Shown: piece after piece, positions 46,321-49,119 of the stretch
How positions within the stretch are numbered: the stretch's first letter is position 1
Layout: every line of letters starts with the position of its first letter
NCBI GenBank assembly: GCA_002269645.1
Contig: NIVC01001147.1
Span: forward strand, 203,720-252,838
Direction: 5' to 3'
From: Macrostomum lignano
Taxonomy: Eukaryota
Length of the DNA stretch: 49,119 bases
Position numbers and translations under genes: made by a program
The notes under the pieces: model-generated
What the model saw: the letters and a program-made list of their open reading frames with translations, nothing else
What the model was told of the DNA's origin: nothing
The model's database searches: none

Positions 46321-46365
46321 CTTCTGTTGCTCAGGGCCGGCGATGTTGAGACCAACCCGGGGCCT
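46321..46365 (+). other. 2A-like ribosomal 'StopGo' peptide LLLLRAGDVETNPGP
   Basis: ctt ctg ttg ctc agg gcc ggc gat gtt gag acc aac ccg ggg cct. Exact D(V/I)ExNPG|P motif directly upstream of the PHD/APE coding region. Not shown in the supplied ORF track. Confidence 0.9.
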
Positions 46366-49119
46366 CCTGCTGCCCGTCAGCTGCGGCCGCCCTCTGCGCG
46401 GCAAGTTCCTCACCTGCGCGAGATGTAACAGCCGCTTCCATCTGCAGAGGGAATGCTCCGGGTTGAGTCGTTGGGCCGCGAACAAGGCCGCGGACGCCCA
46501 GGAATGGCACTACGCCAATTGCGAGAACGGCCCCACCACCCAGACAGACTCGTCGTCCTCTGACCAACCGTCCACCCCTATCTGCCAGCCCACGGAGGAG
46601 CAAACCGCTCGCAGGCAAGCCCTGCTCAACTGTATCCGGCAGGAGAAACCTAAATGCAACCATTGTCGGAAAACGATGCGCGTCAGCTCCACCATCGCCT
46701 GCTGCAATGCCTGTGAAGGATTCTTCCATAACGCCTGCACGCAAGCCACGCGCGACCAGATCAAAAAAGAAATCGGTCGTGGGCTTTGGAGATGCGGTCG
46801 CTGCACCGAAGCCGCCTGCCTCCAAGGCCCGCCCTCCCCTGAGGACCCTGACCCCACTCCTGTTGGAGGGAGCCACCCGGAAGCTGGGTGGGACTGCAAG
46901 AAACCTGAGCTCAAAATTATTCAATGGAATGCGGATGGGATCAGCAACAAAATGGGGGAGCTTGAGGACCTCGCATCCCGGCTTCAGGCCGACGTTATTG
47001 CGGTTCAGAGTCGAAGCTCACCTCCTTCACAAAACCCCCCGCATCCCGGGCTTCAGCACCATCCGCAAGGACCATAAAACTGCCCGCTGCGACCCGAACG
47101 TTAAAGGCGGCGGCCTGCTCTTCTTTTCCGGCAAGGCATTCCGTTCAATAAACTTCAAGGATGGTCTGGCGGAACCACCGAAGGCTGCAGAATTTCGATC
47201 AGCACCTCGGCCAGAAAAAAACTTGTCGTCTCCAACATCTACCGCCCCCCCATCCGGCGCGTGGAAGGCGAAGATCACCGTGAGCACCCCAGTGTCGATT
47301 CCTGGCTCAGATGCTTCCACAGGGAAATTCTGCTTGTGACCTCAACCTCCACCACACTGCCTGGGGCAGCGATCCCAATCAAGGACCTGAAGGTGCAGCA
47401 AAGCTCAGTGCCTGTTCGACTGGTGCAACTCCGTGGACTACCGCATCCTGAACTCAGGGGAACACACCTGCGTTGACAGGCGCACCGGACGGACTAGTGC
47501 TCCCGATCTCACCATCGCTAGTCAATCAGTGGCCGACCTCTGTAAATGGCAACCGCTCACCGAGTTTGGCTCCGATCACCAACCCATCCTGGTGACAGTC
47601 CGGGAATCCCGGGAAACCCTGAGCACTGCGCCTCGCTTCAGCTGGTCTCGGAAAAAAGCGGACTGGACCGCTTACCAGACCCTGCTCTCGAGGACGCCGA
47701 CCACCTCAATGGCGGCTCCATCAAGAAACAGATTGCCAGGCTCAGCTCGGGCATGCTTAAAGCAGCCAAAGCTGCTATCCCGCTCAAAAAGTTTCTGCCA
47801 AAAACAAGCCATACTGGGATGAAGAATTTACTGAACTTCGCGACACTCGGAACCGGCTTAGGGAATCTGGCGCCCATCCTGGCGAGTGGCTCGAAAAAAG
47901 TCACGAACTGTCCAAACTCTGTGCCGAAAAGAAAGCCGAATTCTGGAAGGAGTACATCAACAAAATGTCCGACTCTGCCGACCCAAAACAAGTCTGGAGG
48001 ACTGTCAAGTGCCTCAGCAACGGCAAACAACAAGATCCTCCCAACGAATCTCTCGTTGTTGATGGTCGAGACCTGCGCACGGACAAGGAAAAGGCTAACG
48101 CCTTTGGCCGCTATTACGAAAACATCAGCACTCTGAAACACTCGGCGGTGGACCGCAAGGTCAAAGTGGCCACGTCCCGTCGCCTGGCTCATTACTCCAC
48201 AGACGACGACCTTTACTGCCGTGACTTCACCCCTAAAGAGCTGAGACGGGCCATTGGCAAACTTGACCCCAGCAAAAATGTGGTCCCGCCGAAATCGAAG
48301 CTGCCTTCTTCATCTACCTGCCGGACTCTTGGATGACGGCCTGGCTGGCCGTCTTCAACCGTTGCTGGCACACCGGACACTGTCCTGGAGTCAGGCGTCC
48401 GAGTCTGGAAAAAGGCCGTTATCGTCCCCTGCTAAAGGACGGAAAGGACCCAAAGACCGCGGTAGCTACAGGCCTGTCAGCCTCACCTCCATCTGCGGGA
48501 AGATCCTCGAACGGCTAGCTTATCCTTGATCGCCTCTATCGCTGGCTCGAGCGCCACAACATCATTCAGGCCTGGCAAGCCGGTTTTCGTAGTCGTGGCT
48601 GTGAAGAGCAAATCGCACGCCTCGTTCAGTCAATTCAAGATGGATGGGAGAAACGCCCGCACTTGAAAACTGTGGCCATCCTCATTGACTGCTCTCGCGC
48701 CTTCGACCGTGTTTGGCGCGCTTGCCTTATTGGTCGCATGATGGACGAAGGCGTCCCTGCCTGTATGGTGCGCTGGTTCACCAGCTTCCTCGAAGGCAGG
48801 CAGATCGCTGTGCGGGTCGGCTCCTCGCTTGGGAAATGGCGCAGACTGAGGGAAGGCGTCCCCAGGGCGCCGTCAGCTCGCCTGCCCTCTTCCTCATCTA
48901 TGTTAACAAGTGGTCCGGTCACAACGTGCCTCTCGTCGACTACAGTGGCTATGCAGATGATCTCGCCCTCTGGAGCACGGGCCGGAACCTCCCGGAAATC
49001 CAGGCTCGCCTCCAATCCGCCCTGCAGCTCGTCGAGGAATGGGCCGCTCATCTACGCATCGACATCAACCTTTCTAAAACTGAGGGATGCCTCTTCTCTC
49101 GGGACAGATCCGACCGTCA

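Larger units (their letters stand above)
46111..49119 (+). mobile_element. Ingi-like non-LTR retrotransposon (2A, 2x PHD, APE, RT), decayed, runs off the window end
   Basis: PHD-like Cys/His arrays in ORF 46343-47077. APE: IIQWNADG, DVIAVQ, GGGLL, NIYRPP, APDLT, GSDHQPI. RT: YRPVSLTSICGK, QAGFR, DCSRAFDRVW, EGVP, GYADDLALW. Many frameshifts. Clade call by motif recall. Confidence 0.88.

Noticed and set aside
10699-49051. Numerous long antisense or alternate-frame ORFs in the supplied track (e.g. 10699+, 12758+, 40669-, 46331-, 47638-)
   Set aside because: These are shadow ORFs of GC-rich retroelement coding regions with no independent motifs.

Overview
Eukaryotic (metazoan) genomic DNA with GT-AG introns and dense transposon content. 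The 150-bp satellite and repeat repertoire suggest a free-living flatworm such as Macrostomum (inference only). Layout: (1) 1-10519, ~70 copies of a 150-bp satellite that cuts off a minus-strand Loa-like LINE. That LINE's ORF1 is split by a hAT-type MITE, and its 5' end abuts a decayed tyrosine-recombinase (Ngaro/DIRS) retrotransposon. (2) 17699-25755, a 12-exon, frame-consistent perlecan-like gene (signal peptide, 6 divergent Ig, 3 LDLa, Ig) with no recognisable further exons in the window. (3) 26-42 kb, nested elements: a Gypsy with both LTRs inside a hAT-like MITE, RTE-type LINEs, two copies of one hAT element with different cargo, a tRNA-derived SINE and MITEs. (4) 44229-45662, a minus-strand GT31 beta-1,3-glycosyltransferase gene with a frameshift at an A8 run followed by a hairpin. 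(5) 46111-end, an Ingi-like LINE with an HDV-like ribozyme fold, a 2A 'StopGo' motif (DVETNPGP), two PHD-like fingers, APE and RT. This last element is the most interesting signal. All calls are by-eye; no searches were run.
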